IMG/VR virus record: IMGVR_UViG_3300035490_000050
Coordinates: 32,001-96,000 of that record
Reading direction: 5' to 3' (one strand)
Length of the DNA stretch: 64,000 nucleotides
From: a virus
Part shown: positions 56,607-63,981 of the stretch, one piece after another
Layout: every line of letters begins with the position of its first letter
Numbering within the stretch: position 1 is the first letter of the stretch
Made by a program: the position numbers and the translations under genes
Notes under the pieces: model-generated
Databases searched by the model: none
What the model was told of the DNA's origin: nothing
What the model saw: only the letters and a program-made list of their open reading frames with translations

Positions 56607-56864
56607 ATGGCTTACGAAGAATTTTCACATTACGCCCAAAACCGTACTAGCCTCTGGTGTCCGATCTGCGGAGCTGCGGAAGGAAAGGGATGTAACGAAG
56701 TACACGGACTGCGGTTTTCTGGCCATAATTCCTTCGCGCTAGGACAGGTAAGACAAACTCCATCTGTACTTCACTACTACGACCCGCCAGCGTTCTTGGA
56801 CGTTTACCCTGCGCGTAAGGACAAGCCAAGAATAAGTTCAGGGCTGAGGGGATGGGTAAATTGA
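56607..56864 (+). CDS. Zinc-finger hypothetical protein
   Basis: CPICGA..G..C; CAGGAG RBS. Confidence 0.55.
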   Translation: MAYEEFSHYAQNRTSLWCPICGAAEGKGCNEVHGLRFSGHNSFALGQVRQTPSVLHYYDPPAFLDVYPARKDKPRISSGLRGWVN

Positions 56865-57172
56865 CGAAAAAGAAATTCGAACACGCTCCAGAACTCAACA
56901 CCGATAGTCCTGCTTACGATAAGGTTATTTGTGAGTTGGATAAGATAATATACAGTGACCCGGAAGATGTGGCACAAGAGCTAACGCTCAGAGATGCTTA
57001 TATTTCGATTGAATCTCAGTTGGGAGATTTTATTACCCCGTTTGGAAAGACAAAAGAAGCGCGGCAGGAAGAAGTAAGAAAGTTGTCTGAGGTTTTGCAT
57101 CTGGACCTCACTTTGGGTACGCCAATCTGGAAGATTGTTAAGGACTACGAATCTATGATGAGGGTGAATTGA
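56852..57172 (+). CDS. Hypothetical protein
   Basis: Tiled operon. Confidence 0.6.
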   Translation: MGKLTKKKFEHAPELNTDSPAYDKVICELDKIIYSDPEDVAQELTLRDAYISIESQLGDFITPFGKTKEARQEEVRKLSEVLHLDLTLGTPIWKIVKDYESMMRVN

Positions 57173-57492
57173 AGACCACGAAGACTATTGAGATCACAAT
57201 TTGTGACGTGTGCGGAAACGAGAAGCGGCATCAAGACTGGCCGTGTTCTCGCTGCGGTCGGGATATATGCGATGGATGCGAAGAGCATTTTTACGTTGAG
57301 ATGCGTCACACGTCAAAAGAGAGAACATACGGCTCTGGAATGCGTGGATTTCATACGTCTCATATCGCACTAGGAGACTCAAAGCGTGTATGCAAAGAGT
57401 GCGCTGTGGCTATCGTGGAAGGTTTGAACGCCTTGGGGCTTGTGGGAAAGCCGCAGGATGAAGTAGACAAATTTATGGCGGTTATGGATTAA
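57169..57492 (+). CDS. Cys-rich zinc-binding protein
   Basis: Four CxxC motifs. Confidence 0.65.
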   Translation: MKTTKTIEITICDVCGNEKRHQDWPCSRCGRDICDGCEEHFYVEMRHTSKERTYGSGMRGFHTSHIALGDSKRVCKECAVAIVEGLNALGLVGKPQDEVDKFMAVMD

Positions 57493-57495
57493 CGC

Positions 57496-57524
57496 TTGAC
57501 ATCCATTTGATTCCGTGGGAGTAT
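57496..57524 (+). promoter_or_regulatory. Promoter of tRNA operon 1
   Basis: TTGACA-17-GAGTAT with TG extension. Confidence 0.65.
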
Positions 57525-57534
57525 TGAAACTGAC

Positions 57535-57618
57535 ATGCGATTCCTATTATCCAGTTCGCGCTATTGCCTCTCATCGTTGCTGAGAGCAGGCTCGCCATAT
57601 CTGGATAAAGGGATATAA
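57535..57618 (+). CDS. Attenuator leader peptide 1, MRFLLSSSRYCLSSLLRAGSPYLDKGI
   Basis: Codons match all 10 downstream anticodons; overlaps the antiterminator. Confidence 0.8.
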   Translation: MRFLLSSSRYCLSSLLRAGSPYLDKGI

Positions 57619-57643
57619 GATTTCAGAAATCCAGAGTTTGACG

Positions 57644-57673
57644 AGCCGCTCAGAAATGGGCGGCTTTTGTTTT
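57644..57673 (+). terminator. Attenuator terminator 1
   Basis: agccgctca-gaaa-tgggcggct-tttgtttt, ending 2 nt before the first tRNA. Confidence 0.85.
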
Positions 57674-57675
57674 GT

Positions 57676-57760
57676 GCGAGATTGGCGAAATTGGGAGCCG
57701 CGTCCGATTTAAGATCGGATTCCTTTGGGAGTATGGGTTCAAGTCCCTTATCTCGCACCA
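57676..57760 (+). tRNA. tRNA-Leu(TAA)
   Basis: Cloverleaf; tccga-tt-TAA-ga-tcgga; long variable arm; encoded CCA. Confidence 0.9.
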
Positions 57761-57761
57761 T

Positions 57762-57836
57762 GTACCGGAAGCCAATCGGTTAGGCGGCGGATTGCAGACC
57801 CGCTCTTGGCGAGTTCGATTCTCGCCCGGTACTCCA
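57762..57836 (+). tRNA. tRNA-Cys(GCA)
   Basis: gcgga-tt-GCA-ga-cccgc; U73; CCA. Confidence 0.9.
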
Positions 57837-57847
57837 AGTTTAGTAAG

Positions 57848-57930
57848 GCCCGGATGGTGGAATTGGCAGACACACCAGCTTGAGGGGTTGGCGCGAAAGC
57901 ATACGAGTTCAAGTCTCGTTTCGGGCACCA
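57848..57930 (+). tRNA. tRNA-Leu(GAG)
   Basis: ccagc-tt-GAG-gg-gttgg; CCA. Confidence 0.92.
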
Positions 57931-57931
57931 T

Positions 57932-58014
57932 GGGGTTGTGGCGGAATTGGCAGACGCACCCGGCTCAGGACCGGACGCTTTGGCATAAGAGTTCGACTCT
58001 CTTCAGCCCCACCA
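57932..58014 (+). tRNA. tRNA-Leu(CAG)
   Basis: ccgg-ct-CAG-ga-ccgg; CCA. Confidence 0.92.
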
Positions 58015-58021
58015 TAAGTTT

Positions 58022-58106
58022 GTCGATGTGGCGAAACTGGAAACCGCGATAGGCTCAAACCCTATTGTCTTATGACTTGCCGGTTCGATCCCGGCCATCG
58101 ACACCA
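58022..58106 (+). tRNA. tRNA-Leu(CAA)
   Basis: atagg-ct-CAA-ac-cctat; CCA. Confidence 0.92.
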
Positions 58107-58114
58107 AGTTTTAC

Positions 58115-58204
58115 GGAGACGTGGCACAATGGTACTGCACAGCATTGCTAACGCTGCGATACCCCATAAAGGTATTGGGAGTTCAAGTCTCCCCGTCTCC
58201 GCCA
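58115..58204 (+). tRNA. tRNA-Ser(GCT)
   Basis: cagca-tt-GCT-aa-cgctg; long arm; G73; CCA. Confidence 0.9.
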
Positions 58205-58213
58205 TGTTTTAAC

Positions 58214-58304
58214 GGAAGGATGAGCGGAATTGGTATCGCACTCGCTTGGAAAGCGAGCTTACGTCGAAAGGCGTATGCAGGTTCGAGTCCTGTTCCTTCC
58301 GCCA
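58214..58304 (+). tRNA. tRNA-Ser(GGA)
   Basis: ctcgc-tt-GGA-aa-gcgag; CCA. Confidence 0.92.
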
Positions 58305-58305
58305 C

Positions 58306-58395
58306 GGTAGAGTTGGGCATGGCTGGCAAGCCCACCGCTCTCGAAAAGCGACGTACCGCAAGGTACTGGCAGATCGTTCCTGCCCTCTACCGCCA
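58306..58395 (+). tRNA. tRNA-Ser(CGA), atypical T-loop
   Basis: cgct-ct-CGA-aa-agcg; T-loop ATCGTTC; CCA. Confidence 0.8.
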
Positions 58396-58400
58396 AGTTT

Positions 58401-58490
58401 GGATACGTTAGGCATGTGCCAAGCCTACCCCGTTTGAAGCGGGACGCTCCTGAAAGGGACTTGGGGGTTGAACTCCCTCCGTATCCGCCA
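58401..58490 (+). tRNA. tRNA-Ser(TGA), atypical T-loop
   Basis: cccg-tt-TGA-ag-cggg; T-loop TTGAACT; CCA. Confidence 0.8.
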
Positions 58491-58495
58491 GTTGT

Positions 58496-58586
58496 GCGCG
58501 TGTGGCTCAGTGGCGACGGCGGCAGTCTGTAGAACTGCTACCCTTTGCGGTGAACATCGGTGGTTCGACTCCATCCACGCGCACCA
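58496..58586 (+). tRNA. tRNA-Tyr(GTA)
   Basis: gcagt-ct-GTA-ga-actgc; long arm; CCA. Confidence 0.92.
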
Positions 58587-58588
58587 CT

Positions 58589-58741
58589 CTACTTTGCCAG
58601 CGCCCGTTTTACAGTTCTCTTTTTCTGAGAAACCTTGGTGTAGGGAGTCTGGTTGAGGGCAGGTTTCACTGTTCCTGAGACCTTGTGTTTGGTGTACGGT
58701 TTTTCTTGCAGGGCTGGCTTGACTTCGCGCTTCGTTGGCAT
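58589..58741 (-). CDS. 50 aa basic microprotein with internal VKPALxxxPYTK duplication
   Basis: MPTKREVKPALQEKPYTKHKVSGTVKPALNQTPYTKVSQKKRTVKRALAK; GAGG RBS. Confidence 0.7.
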   Translation of the reverse strand: MPTKREVKPALQEKPYTKHKVSGTVKPALNQTPYTKVSQKKRTVKRALAK

Positions 58742-58800
58742 TGATTCCACCTCATAAACAGATTAGCACAATAGGAATGTGTGGTACAATTCAGGTATTC

Positions 58801-58832
58801 CGTCGTTCCGGCCCGACGTTAAGCAACCGGAA
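58801..58832 (+). promoter_or_regulatory. H-type pseudoknot in 5' UTR
   Basis: cgtcg/cgacg and ttccgg/ccggaa interleaved, just after TACAAT -10 box. Confidence 0.5.
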
Positions 58833-58849
58833 AATCTGAAAGGAAAACC

Positions 58850-59311
58850 ATGAGCAAGATAAAAGGTGTAGACACGTCCGTTTCATCCACCCCAAAATTC
58901 TCACAGAACAAGCCTTCAGGCGATTTCACCCACAAAGACCTCAAGCCGTGCGGAGAAGGCGGTTGTCTCCCACTAGAACAGCCTGTAGGATTCGATGAGG
59001 TTGATATTCCTGAAGTGACCTCTCCTATCCCAACCAACTTTTCTACGGTCGTCCAGATCGTCAACGGCGTAGTAACGCCAACGCTGCAAGTACTGCTCTA
59101 CGATGTACTAAGCGTGATCGACGCCTCAATCCCAAACAAGGATCAGAATCGGGCGGTCAAGAAGTTGATTCACGATGGCTTTGACAAGGCGTATCTGGAC
59201 ATCATCCGAGAAGCCTACCCTGATTCCAACTTTGCAATTGGACCAGGACACGCCTTAACGCCTCTAGCCGACAAGAGTATGGCAATTCAGGCGGCAATCA
59301 GCAAGGTGTAA
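58850..59311 (+). CDS. Hypothetical protein
   Basis: AAGGA RBS; L..IDASI....Q..AVK.LI motif. Confidence 0.7.
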   Translation: MSKIKGVDTSVSSTPKFSQNKPSGDFTHKDLKPCGEGGCLPLEQPVGFDEVDIPEVTSPIPTNFSTVVQIVNGVVTPTLQVLLYDVLSVIDASIPNKDQNRAVKKLIHDGFDKAYLDIIREAYPDSNFAIGPGHALTPLADKSMAIQAAISKV

Positions 59312-59363
59312 AAAGCGCAGAATTATCCTTGACAACTCAGGAAAACGGTAGTACCTTGGGAAA

Positions 59364-59438
59364 TGCGGGTTGGTAGCGCAGTGTCATACGTCAGGCTCAT
59401 AACCTGAAAATCTGGTGCAAGTCCAGTACCCGCAACCA
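59364..59438 (+). tRNA. tRNA-Met(CAT), initiator-like
   Basis: tcagg-ct-CAT-aa-cctga; acceptor end ccgcaacca as in tRNA-fMet; own promoter TTGACA-17-TACCTT. Confidence 0.8.
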
Positions 59439-59646
59439 ATCTGGAGGATGTCATGGGAAATGGCATAATTCCGCATTAGCGGCTAGAAACCGCTAATCAG
59501 TAGAGCGAGAATCCGCTGCGGGAGGTAGTATATGCAGCAGCAGAAAAGGTTGGGGGAGATGGAGAAATCCCTCCCCCAGTCTCACAAGTAAAACGAGGCG
59601 TCGACACAAACCCACGCCTATCGCCTACAAATGAAAGTGGTGTGTT

Positions 59647-60330
59647 TTGAAAATCATCGGCGGTCATGATTATTATGATGTAGCACTGTCGATGGGCATT
59701 GATCCACGGATTGTTCTCTTGCGCGGAAAGAGTAAGAGCATACCAGTAAAGGCTGCTGGCGGGAGTTTGCTTGATCGGTACTTGGAACTCAAGCCACAGG
59801 TTACGTACAACACCTACGGCATAGGAATTGAGAATGTTGCCGTGGCATTTTGTGGGAAGGTTTATCGTGGCGCTGTAGGATTGAAGTCGCTGGAGAAGCC
59901 AGAAGGACTCTGGTCAGCAGATAAGGCAAGAGCATTCGTCGCGCAGGAAAAGAATAGAAAGATTGACGTGGACTCACGGTGGTATGATCGCAGAAACAGG
60001 ATGACCATGGAGGAATATTTCACTCCTTTTGATGCTCCTGATGCTTTGCGGAACTACATGATCGCCAACAAGATTTCGATTCTGGTTGAAGAGCCGCCAA
60101 AGTACCGTGGCGAGGAAAGCTATTTTCAGGTCAATCCTTTCACGCTGAAGCAACTAGGATTCGCAAAGGCTCTTGACCCATACACGGCTTTTCAGGAACT
60201 TTCGATGTGGATCGGTGGAGTTCTTGGGGGAACGAGTCCAGAGATCGTGACGATCAAGGATGACAAGGTTTTGATTGAGAATCACGGGTTTGACAACCGA
60301 TTCTCATTTCGCGGTCCTCGGATCGCATAG
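59647..60330 (+). CDS. Conserved phage hypothetical protein
   Basis: MKIIG..DYYD...LK.LGF.KALDP.TAFQELSMW...HGFD...SFR. Confidence 0.75.
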   Translation: MKIIGGHDYYDVALSMGIDPRIVLLRGKSKSIPVKAAGGSLLDRYLELKPQVTYNTYGIGIENVAVAFCGKVYRGAVGLKSLEKPEGLWSADKARAFVAQEKNRKIDVDSRWYDRRNRMTMEEYFTPFDAPDALRNYMIANKISILVEEPPKYRGEESYFQVNPFTLKQLGFAKALDPYTAFQELSMWIGGVLGGTSPEIVTIKDDKVLIENHGFDNRFSFRGPRIA

Positions 60331-60337
60331 GATTTAC

Positions 60338-60413
60338 GCAACCGTAGCATAGCGGCTAATGTACTTGATTGTCGATCAAGGGTACGCCAGTTCGAATCTG
60401 GTCGGTTGCGCCA
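60338..60413 (+). tRNA. tRNA-Asp(GTC)
   Basis: cttga-tt-GTC-ga-tcaag; G73; CCA. Confidence 0.9.
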
Positions 60414-60428
60414 TAATCTGAGGACGCC

Positions 60429-60935
60429 ATGAGAGATCGCGCAAAGACAATAGCATCTCTCAGACGGCTTATAGAGCGTCCTGGTACGCCGCAGGAAGGC
60501 GAAACAGCAAGACGCCTATTAGAAATGATGGGCGGGAAGGATTGGGTTCCGCGTCCTTTCGATGCAAGCATGTATCCTTGCGGAACTGAGGTTTTCTACT
60601 GCTACTGGACATACGATAACGAACATGGAGTGGTTTGCAAGCAGCCGCCAAAGATAGAAAGAGGCCAATGGTGGATGCGAATCAAATTCGATAAGCTGAA
60701 GCAGCCGCGTTGGGTAGCAGTAACGAGCGAACTTGGATGCCATTTAGGTTTTGAGCCGTTCAAGGGAAACGACAAGGAAGTTCTCTACCATCGGGATATA
60801 GAATGGGAAGAGACGTATCGGAAGATGATTGAAGAATTCAGGGCGCTAGGAATTGACGTAAGCCGACTTGAGCACGAAGAGGTACAAGATGCACGCGATA
60901 CCGGGTTGGATGTGCGGAGTGGACTTCTCCTGTGA
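60429..60935 (+). CDS. Hypothetical protein with DUF2786-like N-terminus
   Basis: I..L..L.ERPGT..E.E.A..LL. Confidence 0.6.
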   Translation: MRDRAKTIASLRRLIERPGTPQEGETARRLLEMMGGKDWVPRPFDASMYPCGTEVFYCYWTYDNEHGVVCKQPPKIERGQWWMRIKFDKLKQPRWVAVTSELGCHLGFEPFKGNDKEVLYHRDIEWEETYRKMIEEFRALGIDVSRLEHEEVQDARDTGLDVRSGLLL

Positions 60936-61176
60936 ATTAGGGGAAGCGAACGGCGGGAATACGATCTATCCGTCAGAGGAAAATCTCCGCGCCAACAGGA
61001 AATGCGTAAATTCCTCAGCGCCAGAGGATAAGATGTGCTACCCTGTTGAAGTCGTCACGATGTCGAAAGAGGACTTTCTTGAACTGGTAGAGAAGGCTGG
61101 CATTGATCCTGCGGCGATTCGGTCAAGCAATTGGGGACCAGCGGTTTGGACGAAAGAACAGGGATTGATTCAGTAG
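60889..61176 (+). CDS. Hypothetical protein
   Basis: GWMCGVDF..ELG...G..IYPS motif; GAGG RBS. Confidence 0.65.
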   Translation: MHAIPGWMCGVDFSCELGEANGGNTIYPSEENLRANRKCVNSSAPEDKMCYPVEVVTMSKEDFLELVEKAGIDPAAIRSSNWGPAVWTKEQGLIQ

Positions 61177-61183
61177 AGTTTTT

Positions 61184-61261
61184 GAGATGGCAGAGTGCGT
61201 TGGTTTGCTCCACGGCTTTTCACACCGTGCCACGCGGGTTCGATTCCCGTCCATCTCGCCA
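61184..61261 (+). tRNA. tRNA-Glu(TTC) with C31-A39 mismatch
   Basis: acggc-tt-TTC-ac-accgt; CCA. Confidence 0.75.
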
Positions 61262-61267
61262 AGTTTT

Positions 61268-61345
61268 GGGGTCACCGTCTAAATGGATTTGGATACCTGA
61301 TTCTCACTCAGGAGATTGCGAGTTCGATCCTCGCTGACCCTACCA
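61268..61345 (+). tRNA. tRNA-Glu(CTC)
   Basis: cctga-tt-CTC-ac-tcagg; CCA. Confidence 0.9.
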
Positions 61346-61423
61346 CAATTCAAGACTCGCGACCTGATCTGAGTCAACGGGCTGGCACGGTGACCAGTGC
61401 ATCAACCGAAAAGGAGAATAACG

Positions 61424-61798
61424 ATGCGTACCCGTTGCAAGTTCAGAGTCGTTGGTATTGAGAGTGTTGAACACGCGATCTTCAAGAAGGTATACAAGGC
61501 CGATGTGAGCGCCGAAGAATATGAAGCGATCACATCTCAAGAGTGGACCGAATATCCTCCCAATCCAGACAGGCGTCTCGGTGGTGGTCCTGAGCCAAAG
61601 TTGTACAAGCAGATATTTCTAGCGAACGCTCAGAATATCCGATTGGCTGCTCAGTACGACCCTTCCATTCCCGAAGATCAGCGGTTCATGGAAGCCACAC
61701 CCTCTGGGGAAATCAAGATGTATATTTCCAATCCCGCAGTGATAAACGGCTTCAAGATCGGAACGAACTACTACGTTGATCTGACGCCCTGCGATTAA
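61424..61798 (+). CDS. Conserved phage hypothetical protein
   Basis: R.KF...F.EATPSG.I.M.I.NP....F..G..YYVD.TP. Confidence 0.75.
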   Translation: MRTRCKFRVVGIESVEHAIFKKVYKADVSAEEYEAITSQEWTEYPPNPDRRLGGGPEPKLYKQIFLANAQNIRLAAQYDPSIPEDQRFMEATPSGEIKMYISNPAVINGFKIGTNYYVDLTPCD

Positions 61799-61820
61799 CA
61801 TTGTCTGCCGTACCAGCACA

Positions 61821-61860
61821 AAAAGAGAAGCCCACCGATGTCTTGGTGGGCCTTTCTTTG
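61821..61860. terminator. Bidirectional terminator
   Basis: gcccacc/ggtgggc hairpin with A-rich and T-rich flanks, between convergent genes. Confidence 0.7.
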
Positions 61861-61886
61861 CACTCCCCTCGTAAGGTGATACCAGT

Positions 61887-62636
61887 TTACTTCTTTGGAC
61901 TTCCCATGTCAACAGGAGCCATCCGACGCGACATTCCTGCCGCTCTCATTGCCCGCACGGGAACGCTCTTGTAGAAGTCGTTCGTCGTTCGTCCAACGCT
62001 TGCGGAGAACGCCATCGTAGCGTGCGCAGTGTTGGCGTAGGCTGCTCTTACATTGCTTTGGTCGAAGACAACCGAATTGGAGAGATTGATGCCCATTGAA
62101 TCTCCAGCCGTGAACGCACTGAGATCAGCGCCGAGGAAGACGAAGGTCCAGTTTCCTTCCTTCTCTTTATTCTCGATCAGTTCCTTGATCTTCGCAAGAT
62201 TGAATTCTCGTGACGAATTTTCCTGCCCGTCCGTCAAGATGACGGTGAGAATCTTTGGCATCATCCCAAGTGACGGAACGCCTGCAAATGATGCTTCGAC
62301 CTTGGAAACAGTGGACCCGATAGCGTCGAGAAGCGCGGTGCCGCCGCATGGAACGTAACTCTGCTTGGTGAGTTCCGGCACCTCAGAGAGAGCGATGGAT
62401 ACGTGACGGTTTTCAAACCGCGTATCGAACAATGTAAGGCTGAAAGCATACGTCGATTTCTTGTCTTTTTTCAACTCACTGATATACGTGTTGAAACCGC
62501 CGATGGTGTCGTCCAAACAGGTAGCCATGGAACCGGACTTGTCGAGAACAAAGTTGATGAGAACCTTACCGTTTTTTGCGGCGGCTGGATTTGACTTCTT
62601 TGCAATCTTCTTTGGTGCGGATTTCTTTGCTGGCAT
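61887..62636 (-). CDS. vWA domain protein with basic N-terminal tail
   Basis: MIDAS motif DKSGSM, GGTALLDAIG, ILTDGQENSS. Confidence 0.9.
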   Translation of the reverse strand: MPAKKSAPKKIAKKSNPAAAKNGKVLINFVLDKSGSMATCLDDTIGGFNTYISELKKDKKSTYAFSLTLFDTRFENRHVSIALSEVPELTKQSYVPCGGTALLDAIGSTVSKVEASFAGVPSLGMMPKILTVILTDGQENSSREFNLAKIKELIENKEKEGNWTFVFLGADLSAFTAGDSMGINLSNSVVFDQSNVRAAYANTAHATMAFSASVGRTTNDFYKSVPVRAMRAAGMSRRMAPVDMGSPKK

Positions 62637-62871
62637 TCGTATTCTCCTGTGCTGCTAACGCGGTTGAAAGTGTTGATTCAGGTACGCGGTAGCACCGCTC
62701 CGCGCCAAGGAAGCTGTAGATTGCAGGTCCAGGTTCACGCCGCGAGTTGTAAACGTCATTCAGATATTGCGGCGAGACACCCATCGTCTGCGCAAATTCC
62801 TTTTGCGTCCTCTCCCCTTGAATCTTCTGCATGATTTCCAAGAGTCCTGCGATATTCGTCACCCTGTACAT
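62566..62871 (-). CDS. XRE-like HTH protein
   Basis: TQKEFA..MGVSPQYL.DV....REPG. Confidence 0.7.
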   Translation of the reverse strand: MYRVTNIAGLLEIMQKIQGERTQKEFAQTMGVSPQYLNDVYNSRREPGPAIYSFLGAERCYRVPESTLSTALAAQENTNASKEIRTKEDCKEVKSSRRKKR

Positions 62872-62933
62872 AAATACTATAATACGCGGATTTGTGGTAT
62901 AATGCAAGTAGAAAGTTTTTGAAAAGGAGTTTC

Positions 62934-63524
62934 ATGGGAGCGAAGCGTTTACCTGCCACCGTAAAAAATCTGACGCCTATGCGTGCTGCATGGCTTGCTG
63001 CTCTGATTGATGGAGAAGGAACAATCAGTATCCACCTAACGCCTAACGGATCAAAACGTGCGTGGATCGCGGTTTACAACACAAACACCGATATTCTTGA
63101 CAAATGTGCCTATGTGTGTGGCGCTGGCGTTGTTCGGAAGAAAATGCCGGGAAAGAAGAATGATGGATTCAAACGATTGCAAATGTGGGAATGGGAACTT
63201 GATAGAGCAAGAGATGCTCACCATCTTCTATGCCAACTTTATCCGTACCTGATAATCAAGCAACACAAAGCAATAGACCTCATTGTTCATTGGAGGGACG
63301 AAAGAACCAACGATATTTCAGAAAACGACCACGACGACGTAAAGGAAATGAAGATGGCGCAGCGTCATTTAAGCAACAGGGAATTTTCGGTCGCACTTGG
63401 TTTCGGATACGGATGCGTCAGCGGAATATATTCTCGGAATGATCCGCTTTCATCGAGAGTCAGAATCGCGTTGGATAAATACAAGACAGAAATGCCAAAC
63501 AGAAAAGAATTATCTTGGCGATGA
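62934..63524 (+). CDS. LAGLIDADG homing endonuclease with C-terminal HTH-like segment
   Basis: WLAALIDGEGTI...NTN...L.PYL.IK. Confidence 0.85.
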   Translation: MGAKRLPATVKNLTPMRAAWLAALIDGEGTISIHLTPNGSKRAWIAVYNTNTDILDKCAYVCGAGVVRKKMPGKKNDGFKRLQMWEWELDRARDAHHLLCQLYPYLIIKQHKAIDLIVHWRDERTNDISENDHDDVKEMKMAQRHLSNREFSVALGFGYGCVSGIYSRNDPLSSRVRIALDKYKTEMPNRKELSWR

Positions 63525-63533
63525 AAATAGTCC

Positions 63534-63562
63534 TTGACAGCGATTCCCATCTGCGCTAAGGT
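63534..63562 (+). promoter_or_regulatory. Promoter of tRNA operon 2
   Basis: TTGACA-17-TAAGGT; ATG 7 nt downstream, so leaderless. Confidence 0.7.
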
Positions 63563-63569
63563 AGAAAAC

Positions 63570-63650
63570 ATGAAGACGCGATTCCAAAACGCCAATCCAA
63601 CAGCGACGGCAACGCCGCAGGGTCATGGTGCGGAATCAGGGTCTCAGTAG
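63570..63650 (+). CDS. Attenuator leader peptide 2, MKTRFQNANPTATATPQGHGAESGSQ
   Basis: Contains CAA, CAG, AAC/AAT and GGT/GGG matching the downstream tRNAs; 3' end pairs with the terminator arm. Confidence 0.75.
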   Translation: MKTRFQNANPTATATPQGHGAESGSQ

Positions 63651-63683
63651 GATTTTTACTCGCATAGAGCGAGTAAAACTGAA

Positions 63684-63724
63684 GAGGCCCGGTCCAAAGA
63701 AGCGGATCGGGCCTCGGTGCTTTT
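63684..63724 (+). terminator. Attenuator terminator 2
   Basis: gaggcccggtcc/ggatcgggcctc 12 bp stem then ggtgctttt (imperfect U tract). Confidence 0.7.
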
Positions 63725-63732
63725 AGGGATGT

Positions 63733-63808
63733 TCCACGGTCGTCTAACTGTGAAGACACCGAACTGTTAATTCGGGTAATGCAGGTCAGAATCCTGCCTG
63801 TGGAGCCA
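63733..63808 (+). tRNA. tRNA-Asn(GTT), atypical T-loop
   Basis: ccgaa-ct-GTT-aa-ttcgg; T-loop TCAGAAT; CCA. Confidence 0.85.
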
Positions 63809-63817
63809 GTTTGAAGT

Positions 63818-63893
63818 TGGGGAGAAGTTCAACGGGTGGAACAATCGGCTCTGACCCGATAGGCAGAAAGTTCGAGACTTTCCTCCCCAGCCA
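63818..63893 (+). tRNA. tRNA-Gln(CTG)
   Basis: atcgg-ct-CTG-ac-ccgat; U1-A72; CCA. Confidence 0.9.
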
Positions 63894-63900
63894 AGATCGT

Positions 63901-63974
63901 TGCCCGTTCGTTCAACGGTAGGACACCGCCCTTTGGAGGCGAGGATGGCGGTTCAAGTCCGTCACGGGTAGCCA
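63901..63974 (+). tRNA. tRNA-Gln(TTG)
   Basis: cgcc-ct-TTG-ga-ggcg; CCA. Confidence 0.9.
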
Positions 63975-63981
63975 AATTAAC

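Noticed and set aside
57561-58656. Several ORF-track ORFs across the tRNA cluster
   Set aside because: They overlap well-formed tRNA genes and lack protein-like motifs.
59520-59590. Additional tRNA
   Set aside because: Only a ggggga/tccccc hairpin; no cloverleaf, T-loop or CCA end.
61184-61261. Frameshift-suppressor tRNA with a 9-nt anticodon loop
   Set aside because: Standard spacing from the D-stem gives a 7-nt loop with TTC and one C-A mismatch.
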